NCBI GenBank assembly: GCA_965263355.1
Contig: CBDHHL010000032.1
Span: forward strand, 3,104,001 to 3,168,000
DNA: 64,000 bases
Source: Leptolyngbyaceae cyanobacterium
Lineage (GTDB): Bacteria; Cyanobacteriota; Cyanobacteriia; Phormidesmidales; Phormidesmidaceae
Direction of reading: 5' to 3'
Program-made: the position numbers and the translations under genes
The notes under the pieces: generated by a model
What the model saw: the letters and a program-made list of their open reading frames with translations, nothing else
What the model was told of the DNA's origin: nothing
Databases searched by the model: none
Shown here: positions 52,832 through 62,991 of the stretch, piece by piece
Layout of the letters: every line of letters starts with the position of its first letter
How positions within the stretch are numbered: position 1 is the stretch's first letter

Positions 52832-54643
52832 ATGCGTCAACTTCGTCAAACCTGGGATAATAGTCACTTCTACACAGACAGCAATGATCCACGCATTGCA
52901 GCTGACGTCGAGCAGCTCAACGTCAAAATAGCGGCCTTAGCAGACATCTGTGCCCCCTTTGCAGGGTACATCGATACTGCAGAAAGCCTTCTCCCTGAGG
53001 AGTTTGACCAGTATATTACCCAGATCCGAGAAGTCCATCTACAACGGACTGCGATCTCCAAACGCATGGGGAACCTCCGCATGTTTATCTCCTCAATCCT
53101 CAGCGTTAATTCCCACGATGCCAGTGCTAAGGCCTGGAAACCAACGCTACAACAGATAGGTGCTGAATTGAGCCAGGTGACAACGGCATTGGATGTATTT
53201 CTAGTGCGTGTGAGCGATGCCTTTATCGATGCCTTGGTTGCCGAGCCAGTCCTAGAAGAATTAGCATTTTTGATTCGGCATCGGCGCAAACTTAAAGACC
53301 AGTTACTCACCGTTGCCGAAGAGCAATTGGTGACTGGTTTAGCAGTCAGTGGACTCCACGGCTGGGGCAATCTTTATACTGAGCTGGCAGGCACATTAAA
53401 GTGCACGGTCGATGGCGAAACCATGGGGTTGGCCAAAGCCTTTAACTTACTCAGTTCTCCTGATCGCAACCGTCGCTCTCAGGCATGGCATGGCATTAAT
53501 GCCGCGTGGGAAACCCAAACTGAGACAGTGGCCGCCATTCTGAATGCGATCAATGGCTGGCGATTGCAAGAAACCAAACAACGGGGCAAACAACAGATTC
53601 TGCACTATCTAGATGAAAGCTGTCACCAAAGCCGGATTGATCGTCAAACTCTAGATGCCCTGATGGATGTGACCTATGAACGTCGGACCATTGGGCAGCG
53701 GGCACTCAAAGCTATGGGTACTCTGTTAGACCTAACTCCAGAACCCTGGGATTTATTTGCCCCCGCCCCCGCCGTGGATGCAGGAATTACATTTTCTTTT
53801 GCAGCGGCCATAGACTTGATTGCCAATGCCTTTCGACAACTCACCCCAGAGATGGGGGACTTTGCCATCATGATGGCAGAAAAGGGCTGGATTGATGCAC
53901 AGCCCACACCCAACCGTTCTACAGGCGCTTATTGTGGCGGTTTCTCCGAACCCCGAGAACCTCGCATTTTTATGACCTTTGAAGGCACTATGAACAATGT
54001 GCTTACCTTGGCCCATGAGCTAGGGCATGCCTGGCACTCGTGGGTGATGCGCGACATGCCCCGCTACAAGACTTTTTACTCGATGACCCTGGCAGAAACA
54101 GCCAGCATTTTTGGCGAAACACTCGTCCGCGACGCTCTGCTTACCCAAGCCAGTACGCCAGCCCAAAAGCTGGATATCGCCTGGACCGATGGCATGGCAG
54201 CGATGACGTTTCTACTCAACATTCCAGCTCGGTATACCTTTGAGCAAAAGCTAGTGGAAGCGCGCAAACAGGGCTATGTGATTGCTGACAAACTCAAGGA
54301 AATGATGCGCGACAGTTGGCAACATTGGTATGAAGATAGCCTAGCCAGTTATGACCACATGTTTTGGGCTAGCAAACTCCACTTCTCAATCTCTTCTCTC
54401 GGGTTTTACAACTATCCTTATTTGTTTGGCTATTTGTTTAGCTTGGGCATATACGCTCAAAAAGAGAACTATGGAGAAATGTTTAATGAACTCTACACCA
54501 ACCTATTGCGCGATACAGGCAGTATGACGGCAGAAGATTTAGTAATGAAACATCTACAACAGGATATTCGCCAGCCAGCGTTTTGGCATGCCAGTTTAGA
54601 CGTGGTTGAACGTTCAATCAATCAGCTAGAAGCCTTGTCATGA
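52832..54643 (+). CDS. M3B family oligoendopeptidase F
   Basis: TLAHELGHAWH zinc motif, AETAS.F.E and FYNYPYLFGYLF. Confidence 0.95.
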   Translation: MRQLRQTWDNSHFYTDSNDPRIAADVEQLNVKIAALADICAPFAGYIDTAESLLPEEFDQYITQIREVHLQRTAISKRMGNLRMFISSILSVNSHDASAKAWKPTLQQIGAELSQVTTALDVFLVRVSDAFIDALVAEPVLEELAFLIRHRRKLKDQLLTVAEEQLVTGLAVSGLHGWGNLYTELAGTLKCTVDGETMGLAKAFNLLSSPDRNRRSQAWHGINAAWETQTETVAAILNAINGWRLQETKQRGKQQILHYLDESCHQSRIDRQTLDALMDVTYERRTIGQRALKAMGTLLDLTPEPWDLFAPAPAVDAGITFSFAAAIDLIANAFRQLTPEMGDFAIMMAEKGWIDAQPTPNRSTGAYCGGFSEPREPRIFMTFEGTMNNVLTLAHELGHAWHSWVMRDMPRYKTFYSMTLAETASIFGETLVRDALLTQASTPAQKLDIAWTDGMAAMTFLLNIPARYTFEQKLVEARKQGYVIADKLKEMMRDSWQHWYEDSLASYDHMFWASKLHFSISSLGFYNYPYLFGYLFSLGIYAQKENYGEMFNELYTNLLRDTGSMTAEDLVMKHLQQDIRQPAFWHASLDVVERSINQLEALS

Positions 54644-54741
54644 GAGGCATGATTTTGTCCATCTCTCCTGATTCAACGTGCCTAATGGCGCTAACCTAGT
54701 GAAGAACTGCCAATACATCGGGATAGAAGGCAACATTTACC

Positions 54742-55482
54742 ATGGTTCCCAGCACATCAATCGACTGGATTTTTTTTGATTGTTTCAACACACTGATCGA
54801 CGATTTTGATACCTCTGGCCATGAAGTCGGTCTGGCACCGATGTATCAGGTACCGGTTGCCGCCGGTCTGTACCAAACTATCGAAGACGTCCGGACCGAT
54901 TACCATCGCTGGCGGCTAGAATACATTGCTGGCAAACCCCATGAGCAAACTTTGCAGGAACGCTTCCGCAATCTGCTAGCCATCTATCGTCCAGAGACAG
55001 AGCCTACCCTGGTGGAGCAGGTGGTAACGGAAATGGAAATTCAGTTTATGGACTGCTTTCCAGCCACACTCAGGCTCCCAGCAGGTGTGGAAAGTATGCT
55101 GCAGAGTTGGCAGGGACAGGCCACGATGGGTGTCGTATCCAACTTTTTCTTAGCTGACTGGCCCGCAAAAATGCTCGAACGCCACGGTCTTAGACATTAT
55201 TTTAAGTTTGTGCTGGACAGTGCTGATTGTGGCTACCGCAAGCCTGGAGACGCCATTTATCAAGTTGCGCTAGAAGTGGCCGGAAACCCATCCCCTGAAA
55301 GAGTACTGTTTATTGGCGATCATCTAACGAATGATGCGATCGCACCCCAGCGTCTGGGAATGCAGTCGATTTACTTTGATCGCTCAGCTGAACGAACATC
55401 GTCATCAGCCGCTCCCCCTAAAATCAAGGCCATTAGGCACTGGGATCAATTCGTCCCCTGCAATAAATCACCCGAACCTTAA
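54742..55482 (+). CDS. HAD-family hydrolase
   Basis: FDCFNTLID, VVSN, RKP and FIGDH..ND. Confidence 0.88.
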   Translation: MVPSTSIDWIFFDCFNTLIDDFDTSGHEVGLAPMYQVPVAAGLYQTIEDVRTDYHRWRLEYIAGKPHEQTLQERFRNLLAIYRPETEPTLVEQVVTEMEIQFMDCFPATLRLPAGVESMLQSWQGQATMGVVSNFFLADWPAKMLERHGLRHYFKFVLDSADCGYRKPGDAIYQVALEVAGNPSPERVLFIGDHLTNDAIAPQRLGMQSIYFDRSAERTSSSAAPPKIKAIRHWDQFVPCNKSPEP

Positions 55483-55783
55483 TTGAAGAAAGGGAATTGA
55501 GTGAGTCACAAAATATACAACTAAAGTCTAAGATAAACGCCGTTATATTATCCTGGCCTGCGGGCAGGCTAATAAATTAGCCGTAGAGACATCAACCTAA
55601 AGCAACCAGACAGGTATCAGAAGGTACGGCCTGAATGCATACTTTTACCAATGTGAATTACTATTTTAATAGATAATTAATAGCAACAGTTCAGCCAAGA
55701 GCCATTTATTTATAATCCGTCGGATTTCACACCCCAATCACAGACATTATTTTATTTTTAGTAATTTTTTTAATCGATTTTCT

Positions 55784-57121
55784 ATGTCCCTCAGACTCTC
55801 CCAAGCAGCTAGTGTAATTCTGTCTGGTGTGCTCATAGCGACCTCAGGCACTGGCGTAGGTCGTCAAACAGCAAAAGCTGATGATGTATCTACCCCTATA
55901 AGCACTAACGTTAAGCAAAATAGCAACCCTAAACAGGGCGGAAAACCAGAGCAAAATAGCAAAACCCAGCCCAAAAGCACCATTCAGCCCAATAGGAAAA
56001 CTGAGCCAGACAGTAAACATAATTCTCAACAGCAGGCCCAAAAAGCAGGCCCAACGGATCAGGCCAAACCATCGTCTCCTGCAAAGTCGAAACGAAATTC
56101 CACTCGCCCCGCACCAATCGAGCCCTTTATTCAAGCAGATGCGGTTGCGTTGGGACATTGGTTAGTGACAAAAACCGTTAAAAATCTCATCGATAACCCC
56201 TCCCCTGAAGCAACCAAACCTGCCGAAGCAGCCAAGCCTGCCAAAGACACGAAGCCCGAGCCAACACCTAAACCAGCAGCGCCAGCCCCAGCGGCCAGCT
56301 CTAAGCCACAACCCACTGCCCAGACAGCTTCAGTAGCTCCCCCCAAAGTCGCCGTACAGGCCCTGCCACCAGCACCGTCTAGCAATCCAACCATTGATAC
56401 TTACACAGAAATGCGGGTTGCCCTTACGAAGCAGACTTCCAATGTCACAGTTGCCGCTTCCCAAGGGGGTGTCATCGTCAGCACGAACGGTGAACTTATC
56501 CAAAATTTATCGGCGAGTGTGGGCTATCAAGTCAGTGCCAATGACCGTGGGCTGTTCATCAATGGTCAACCGGTACCAACAGCGGTCTGGTTAGAACCCG
56601 ATAACGGCTATGTTGCGGTAGGCAATCGTTGGTATCGTGGACGGCTACTATTGCTCTGGCAAAATGGTGGCGTCATGGCCATTAATTACGTTCTTCTCCA
56701 AGAATATTTATACAGCGTGGTTGGCGCTGAAATGTCAGCAAGCTGGTCTATAGAAGCCTTAAAGGCCCAAGCCGTAGCTGCCCGATCCTATGCCATCGTC
56801 CATACCGTTCGCCATCAGCAACGTGCCTACGATTTGGATGACACCCAGCGTTATCAAGCCTATAAAGGCATAGCCACCGAAGCCAGCTCCACCCACCGAG
56901 CTGTCCAGGAAACCTCCGGTGAATTTATCAGTTATGGCGGCGGCATAGTCGAGTCTCTCTATGCTGCCAATCAAGATATTGTCGACGATGCCCACAGTGG
57001 CTATGGCATGAGCCAAACCGGAGCATTAGACTTAGCCGAGCAAGGCTATCAATACTATGAGATTCTATCCGCCTACTATCCTGACACCTCCGTTGGCCGG
57101 ATTGATATTGGCAATGAGTAG
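55784..57121 (+). CDS. SpoIID/LytB domain protein with a long low-complexity N-terminus
   Basis: WYRG.L, YLYSVVGAEM, EALKAQAVAARSYA, QAYKG, HSGYGMSQ.GA and IL..YYP. Confidence 0.92.
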   Translation: MSLRLSQAASVILSGVLIATSGTGVGRQTAKADDVSTPISTNVKQNSNPKQGGKPEQNSKTQPKSTIQPNRKTEPDSKHNSQQQAQKAGPTDQAKPSSPAKSKRNSTRPAPIEPFIQADAVALGHWLVTKTVKNLIDNPSPEATKPAEAAKPAKDTKPEPTPKPAAPAPAASSKPQPTAQTASVAPPKVAVQALPPAPSSNPTIDTYTEMRVALTKQTSNVTVAASQGGVIVSTNGELIQNLSASVGYQVSANDRGLFINGQPVPTAVWLEPDNGYVAVGNRWYRGRLLLLWQNGGVMAINYVLLQEYLYSVVGAEMSASWSIEALKAQAVAARSYAIVHTVRHQQRAYDLDDTQRYQAYKGIATEASSTHRAVQETSGEFISYGGGIVESLYAANQDIVDDAHSGYGMSQTGALDLAEQGYQYYEILSAYYPDTSVGRIDIGNE

Positions 57122-57129
57122 TGGTTTCT

Positions 57130-57918
57130 TTAAGGCACCGAGGCAATGTTACGAGTCAAAGTACATGTGAGATTTTGGCCCTTAATAATGACACGACCGA
57201 GAACAGTATGCACAATCAGCCTATTGGTATCGGCCTGGATGATCTGTTGTAGCTCAGTCGGAACTTTAGGCAGCTGAGCTTGTTGCGAGTTACTAGCTGC
57301 CAGATCTGTATGGTATGGATACCTTTCAGCACTTACCCGATCTCGGTTATGGTGCTTACGTCTCACTGGCCGTTGTCGATAGTCCTGAGCATTACGATCA
57401 AGCCACACGACTACATCTGAGAGCGCCAATGTTTGTTCTCCCCGCCAAGTCTTAACGTAGATAGTGCCTGTATCACAGAGCATTTGCTTCACCGGATACC
57501 AACGCTGATGGCAGAACAGCAGCATATCCATCATTTGCTGTTTACGATGATTCACCCACCAAGTTTTCCAAAAGGCTGACGCTTCCTGGCAGTGAATTTG
57601 ATAGCCTGCAGGCACGCTATGGTAATCATACTTAGCAAAGGCAGCACTCGTTAATTGATCGTTTGCCAAATTTAGAGGAATAAAACTTGCCTCAAGTGCA
57701 AGCTGATGCAAAACCTGCCAATAGTCAGAACGCAAACGGAGGATTACATTAGGATTTTTAGCGGTAAAGCGTCCTTTTGCCAGTAATATTCCCTGGGTCG
57801 TTAACAGTTGAACTTCCTCTAGGGCCTTCTCTATCCGCAGGTCTCGATTGGCTAAAAGTGTATCTTCTCCTTTTAAGAATTTTTTGATTAGGGATATGTT
57901 ATCAATGGCGATCTTCAT
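57130..57918 (-). CDS. Conserved hypothetical cyanobacterial protein
   Basis: Long ORF with LLAN.DLR.E, Y..VP.GY and FWKTWW. Start probably ATG 57918. Confidence 0.7.
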   Translation of the reverse strand: MKIAIDNISLIKKFLKGEDTLLANRDLRIEKALEEVQLLTTQGILLAKGRFTAKNPNVILRLRSDYWQVLHQLALEASFIPLNLANDQLTSAAFAKYDYHSVPAGYQIHCQEASAFWKTWWVNHRKQQMMDMLLFCHQRWYPVKQMLCDTGTIYVKTWRGEQTLALSDVVVWLDRNAQDYRQRPVRRKHHNRDRVSAERYPYHTDLAASNSQQAQLPKVPTELQQIIQADTNRLIVHTVLGRVIIKGQNLTCTLTRNIASVP

Positions 57919-58163
57919 AAACAGGAGGATATAGCGGTAGACACCCAATACAACACATCTGTTGCAACCAGCCTCAGGAAACAGATTTACCTGCCAGTTC
58001 CCCCACGGAACTGACAGTTCATTGTCCGTTGATTGAATAGCTACTACATTATGCCCCTTGCTAAAAGGTTTGATCCACCTTGTGCTATAACACTCAGTAA
58101 TTACGCAAAAACACCGACAACTCGAAAGAACATATTTTCAACAACATCCGTAGATATAATGAT

Positions 58164-59231
58164 GTGATGAGATATTTTCGCCCAATTATTACCGACGCTA
58201 CTGGTCATCAGCCCAGTCCATATCTATGTCCACAGACCTCGATTATAAAACTCAATAGCAATGAAAACCCCTACCCTCCATCTCCCGAGGCTCTGGGAAT
58301 ATTAAAAATGTTGGATGGGGACTGGCTACGTCGTTACCCTGATCCCTATTCTCAAGAGTTTTGTCAAGCAGCAGCTGTTGTTTTAGGTATTCCCGCCAAT
58401 TGGATTATTGTTGGCAACGGCTGTGATGATCTGCTCAATATATTGATGAAAGCCTGTGTTGATCAAACACGCCCTGTTGTCTACCCTACTCCCACGTATG
58501 GGCTATATCACACACTGGCGGAAATCTGTGGTGCCCAAATTGTTGAAATCACCTATAACAGTCAGTACTCTCTACCACTAGACCAGATCGTAGAAGCACG
58601 GGGAGCCTTAACGCTAATCGCATCTCCTAATAGTCCATCGGGGCATCAAATTCCCTTAGCCGAGTTACAACAGCTCGCAGAAACTATCTCAGGAGTCTTG
58701 GTTATTGATGAGGCCTATGTAGATTTCGCGGAGGAATCTGCCTTAAACCTTGTACATACCTACGAGCACGTCATTGTACTACGTTCATTATCAAAAGGCT
58801 ACGGTCTGGCAGGCTTACGTTTTGGATTTGGCATCGCTCAACCACCATTATTGTCGGGTTTATTTAAGGTTAAAGATAGCTATGGTGTGGATGCGATCGC
58901 AACTCGTGTCGCCGCCGCCGCGATCGCCGATCAAGCCTATAAAAATCATCGTGTTGCTCAGATCAAAACGGATCGCCAGCAACTTATCTCAGACCTGAAA
59001 ACACTAGGGTTTCAAGTCCCCTTATCCCATGGCAATTTTGTCCTAGCCACCCATAAATCAGCCAAATGGCTACATAATAGCCTCAGAGACAACGGCATTT
59101 GGGTACGTCATTTTGACCAGCCCAATCTGGATGACAAGCTGCGCATCACAGTGGGCACACCAGCTCAGAATCAAACGCTATTAGCAACGCTGTCAGCATT
59201 GCTGACGGACAGGCCACAACCCTCACCATAA
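58164..59231 (+). CDS. hisC: Histidinol-phosphate aminotransferase family PLP enzyme
   Basis: KLNSNENPYPP, RYPD, GNG.DD, PNSPSG, IDEAYVDF, RSLSKGYGLAGLR and LRITVGT. Confidence 0.88.
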   Translation: MMRYFRPIITDATGHQPSPYLCPQTSIIKLNSNENPYPPSPEALGILKMLDGDWLRRYPDPYSQEFCQAAAVVLGIPANWIIVGNGCDDLLNILMKACVDQTRPVVYPTPTYGLYHTLAEICGAQIVEITYNSQYSLPLDQIVEARGALTLIASPNSPSGHQIPLAELQQLAETISGVLVIDEAYVDFAEESALNLVHTYEHVIVLRSLSKGYGLAGLRFGFGIAQPPLLSGLFKVKDSYGVDAIATRVAAAAIADQAYKNHRVAQIKTDRQQLISDLKTLGFQVPLSHGNFVLATHKSAKWLHNSLRDNGIWVRHFDQPNLDDKLRITVGTPAQNQTLLATLSALLTDRPQPSP

Positions 59232-59334
59232 TAGTCTCAGAAATCATAAAGAAAATTGGAATACTCCACCTTTGGACAATGTAAAGTCCAAATATAACTA
59301 GATACATTTATAGATGAAACTAAACCCTAGAGTC

Positions 59335-59486
59335 GCACTGGGAAATTAAGTTCTTCTTTAAAGACGCCATCAGCATCTTACGTGAGGGGCCTTTCTTGTT
59401 TGGGTTAGCTCAGCAGGGCATTCCAGTGTCTCTAAATATCCTGTCAAATGGGTCTCCCTAGCATTTTGCTAAGGGGGCTTTTTTTT
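59335..59486 (+). ncRNA. Candidate sRNA unit 1 (closing stem, 18-nt motif, terminator)
   Basis: cactgggaa/ttccagtg stem; tctctaaatatcctgtca at 59429-59446; hairpin gtctccctagca-ttt-tgctaagggggc followed by T8. Confidence 0.5.
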
Positions 59487-59560
59487 CTAAAACCAACCTG
59501 TCTTGTGTGATTTTTGCTAGTCGGAATTCGAAAAGGGAGCCCATTACGTATAAAACTTAT

Positions 59561-59745
59561 AGAGAGAAATCAAATACCCAACAGAATCTTCAATAAGGTT
59601 CTTGCTTGGCATAATAAGACTTGATTCCTTGACAAGGCAGTAGAAAAAAGCAAGAAAATCTTGTTGCAATAGAGTCAATCTTTGTTTTCACTCTCTCTAA
59701 ATATCCTGTCATTTAACTCCTTAGATTTGATCTGAGGATTTTTTT
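59561..59745 (+). ncRNA. Candidate sRNA unit 2 (closing stem, same 18-nt motif, terminator)
   Basis: agagagaaatcaaa/tttgttttcactct stem; tctctaaatatcctgtca at 59694-59711; hairpin tccttagat-ttg-atctgagga followed by T7. Confidence 0.5.
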
Positions 59746-59760
59746 AATAGATGCTTGATC

Positions 59761-60675
59761 CTATGAACTCATACCCAAAGCAGCTTGATCACTTTCCTTT
59801 AATAGATCCATGAATGCGAACACGGGGGGTGACAGTAGGGCATCTGCCAGTGTAGCCACACAAATGATTCGGTAGAACGGTTCGGGCAAACTGTACACCT
59901 GCACTCCCACAGGGATAGGCTCAGCCGCTAGCCGAGGGCTAATAGCTGCCCCTAGACCTTTAGCTACCATGTTGACAATGGTTGCATCAGACCGAATTTG
60001 ATATGTGGGCTTAAGCTCTACACCATATTGACGACCATGGTGAATGACCATGGCATCACAGCTATCACCGTCAGGAGCCATGATTAACGGATAAGACGTT
60101 AACATCTCCCAGGTCAAGGGGTCAGGTAGCACCGCATCGGGGGGAAACAGCACCACAAACTCATCCCGCGTCAGCTCTGATGCTTCTAAATCTGGGGCGT
60201 GGGGCAAATAGGTAATACCCACATCCGCTTTGCCTTTGCGTAAATCGGATTCCACGTCAGGGCGATCATCGTATTCGGCGATGGTGATTGCGATCGCAGG
60301 GTACCGCTGACAATACTGGGCAATTACCTCTGGCAAAATATGGGTGGCCGCACTACGAAACGCTGCAATTCGCAAACGCCCCCCTTCAAATCCCTTTGCT
60401 AGATTGGCCTGCTGATAAATATCTTCAATCAGATGTAACACATGGCGAGCCCGCTCTACAATTTGCTGCCCGACCGGTGTTGGCACGGCCCCATAGCGCC
60501 CACGGGAAAATAGCACCACCCCCAGGTCTTCTTCTAACGTGGCAATGGCATAGCTCACTGCTGACTGAGACAACTGTAGTTGCAAAGCTGCCTCACTAAA
60601 GCTGCCACCATCAGCCACAGCAATCAGCACCCTCAGCTGCGAAGGTTTGAGTTGACCCAGGCGATCCTGTCCCAT
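59761..60675 (-). CDS. LysR-family transcriptional regulator
   Basis: GSFSEAA..L.LSQSAVS.AIA.LE..LGV.LF.R HTH plus a substrate-binding domain. Start set at 60675. Confidence 0.95.
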   Translation of the reverse strand: MGQDRLGQLKPSQLRVLIAVADGGSFSEAALQLQLSQSAVSYAIATLEEDLGVVLFSRGRYGAVPTPVGQQIVERARHVLHLIEDIYQQANLAKGFEGGRLRIAAFRSAATHILPEVIAQYCQRYPAIAITIAEYDDRPDVESDLRKGKADVGITYLPHAPDLEASELTRDEFVVLFPPDAVLPDPLTWEMLTSYPLIMAPDGDSCDAMVIHHGRQYGVELKPTYQIRSDATIVNMVAKGLGAAISPRLAAEPIPVGVQVYSLPEPFYRIICVATLADALLSPPVFAFMDLLKESDQAALGMSS

Positions 60676-60821
60676 GATGTATATGAAGATACTAGGCTCA
60701 CCCCATTGTGGCAATTTGTGAACCATTCACCCAAGGGAACCGTTGATAGCATCTATGGAATGATCTGATAAGCGGTGACGAAAAAGTGGGCCATCCACCA
60801 GGGAGGCCCCCGACAGATTCT

Positions 60822-61515
60822 CTATTTTTCTAAATTAAATAGCAGCTTTTTCTCTTCCTCAGAAAATGGCTTGGGAGCAGGATTTACGGTCTTGGCCTGG
60901 GCATAGGCTCTCTGCACAGCGGGGCGCGCAGCGATCTCATCAAACCAGCGTTTGAGATGGGGAAAATCATTCAGATCTTGCCCTTGCTTGGCATAGGGGA
61001 CAATCCAGGGATACATAGCCATATCAGCAATAGTGTAGGTTCCAGCCACATACTCGCGATCGGCCAAACGCTGATTGAGTACGCCATAGAGTCTTGCTGT
61101 TTCCTTAACATAGCGATTGATGGCATATGGCATAGGGAATTTTCTCAGGCGCGTAGCCAGAAAAATGATGGTTTTGCCCCAACATGGGACCTAGGCCCCC
61201 CATTTGCCAATAGAGCCATTGCATGACCTCATTTCTACCCCGCACGTCAGTCGGTAGAAACTGGCCTGTCTTCTCCGCCAGATATTGCAAAATCGCCCCT
61301 GATTCAAACAAACTGATGGGCTCACCACCATCGGCTGGAGACTGATCGACAATGGCGGGAATGCGATTATTGGGAGCAATCTTAAGAAACTCAGGCTGGA
61401 ACTGCTCGCCTTTACCAATATTGATGGGGTGAATTGTGTAAGGTAAATTTGCTTCTTCGAGAAAAACCGTAATCTTGTGGCCGTTTGGCGTCGTCCAATA
61501 GTAGAGGTCAATCAT
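60822..61515 (-). pseudogene. Glutathione S-transferase (YfcG/Nu-class) frameshifted by a 7-bp duplication
   Basis: [29 protein letters not shown] and [11 protein letters not shown] in one frame; YAINRY..ETARLY and IADMA.YPW in another. tggcata is duplicated at 61121-61134; removing 7 nt gives a 228-aa ORF. Confidence 0.92.
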
Positions 61516-61586
61516 GACTAAGCACCTTGTACGAAAATCTTGAACTATTCTAGCGTGGGTTTCACGATTGAGTGAAATTTGATTGG

Positions 61587-61630
61587 CTTCGATCCGTTGG
61601 CTGAGCGCAGTCGAAGCCAACGGATCGAAG
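61587..61630. repeat. REP-like palindrome of a second family (16-bp perfect arms)
   Basis: cttcgatccgttggct-gagcgcagtcga-agccaacggatcgaag. Confidence 0.85.
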
Positions 61631-61677
61631 TAACAGGATATGGCAGGATAGAACAGTTGCATTTATGAGCATCGATC

Positions 61678-61899
61678 ATGGCCCTGTCAAAGGCGGAATC
61701 TAAACAACTGCTGGAACGGATGATTTTTGAGGAGACCGCTCCCCAAGATTGGGTACAGGATGTGTGGGGCATGAGCCCAATGCACGGTGATGAAGCCGCC
61801 AAACTGCTAGATGTATTTGAGGCGTTGGTTGAGTGCTGCTCGGACGAAAAATTAGAAAATTTAGTCCAGAGTTTGGTGCGCGCTAAAGCGGAGGCGTAG
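61678..61899 (+). CDS. Small conserved hypothetical protein
   Basis: 73-aa ORF (DWVQDVWGMSP..G) ending 1 nt before the M42 peptidase start. Confidence 0.7.
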   Translation: MALSKAESKQLLERMIFEETAPQDWVQDVWGMSPMHGDEAAKLLDVFEALVECCSDEKLENLVQSLVRAKAEA

Positions 61900-61900
61900 T

Positions 61901-62965
61901 ATGAGCGCCTGGAATATGGACCGATTTTTTACCGTAATTGAGGAGTTAGTCCTTTGTCACTCTCCCAGCGGCGTTGAAGCGGAGGTAAATCGATATATAC
62001 AGACATGGTTAGATAATCTTAGCGTTGAGCATTGGCAAGACGACGCTGACAATATTGTGATCAAAATTCCAGGTCGTAGCCACGAGGGGGCTATTGCAGT
62101 CACAGCCCACAAAGATGAGATCGGTGCATTGGTTAAAGGCATTGAGTCTGGAGGCAGGCTCCAGGTAAGACGTTTGGGGGGAGCTTATCCCTGGGTCTAT
62201 GGTGAGGGTGTTGTAGACCTGTTAGGCGATCAGAAAACCATCTCAGGCATTCTCAGTTTTGGCTCTCGTCATGTGTCCCATGAGTCTCCTCACAAGTCTC
62301 AACAGGAGGGTAAAGCGGTTCATTGGGAAACTGCTTGGGTAGAAACTAAACTGTCGACACCAGAATTAGTCAGAGCCGGAATCCGACCTGGCACCAGAAT
62401 GGTAGTAGGCAAACATCGCAAACGCCCCTTCCGTCTAGGCGACCACATTGCTAGCTATACCTTAGATAACAAAGCCTCTGTTGCCATTTTGTTAGGTCTG
62501 GCAGAACAGGTAAAAGAACCACCAGTGGATGTTTATCTGGTAGCCTCTGCCAAGGAAGAGGTGGGTGCCATTGGAGCTTTGTATTTTAGTCAACAGCAGA
62601 AGTTGAGTCGATTGATTGCGCTAGAGATCTGTCCGCTCTCAAAAGAATATCCGATTGTGGATGGCCCTAGACCCGTTTTGTTTGCGCAGGATAGCTATGG
62701 TCTCTATGACGAAGGGCTAAACCAGGAGATTCTGGCTGCAGCATCTGCCGTTGGCATTACTCTGCAACAGGCCGTGGTGACTCAATTTGGCAGTGATGCG
62801 TCAATTGCGATGAAGTTTGGCCATGTGCCAAAAGGGGCTTGTTTGAGTTTTCCCACACAGAATACCCACGGATATGAGATTGCAGACTTGGGGGCAATTT
62901 CAAATTGCCTCACTGTCCTCACCGAATACCTCAATAACGGTGTTCAATCCCCCAGGGAAAACTGA
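61901..62965 (+). CDS. M42 family metallo-aminopeptidase
   Basis: SPSGVE, AHKDEIG, LDNK, KEEVG, SDA and NTH. Confidence 0.92.
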   Translation: MSAWNMDRFFTVIEELVLCHSPSGVEAEVNRYIQTWLDNLSVEHWQDDADNIVIKIPGRSHEGAIAVTAHKDEIGALVKGIESGGRLQVRRLGGAYPWVYGEGVVDLLGDQKTISGILSFGSRHVSHESPHKSQQEGKAVHWETAWVETKLSTPELVRAGIRPGTRMVVGKHRKRPFRLGDHIASYTLDNKASVAILLGLAEQVKEPPVDVYLVASAKEEVGAIGALYFSQQQKLSRLIALEICPLSKEYPIVDGPRPVLFAQDSYGLYDEGLNQEILAAASAVGITLQQAVVTQFGSDASIAMKFGHVPKGACLSFPTQNTHGYEIADLGAISNCLTVLTEYLNNGVQSPREN

Positions 62966-62991
62966 CAAAAGCAGCTAAACAGGAGTACGCA

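Noticed and set aside
61633..61641. acaggatat as a target of the 18-nt sRNA motif
   Set aside because: Only 9 nt of complementarity, well upstream of the start codon, and it also occurs inside a CDS near 54560. Compatible with chance.
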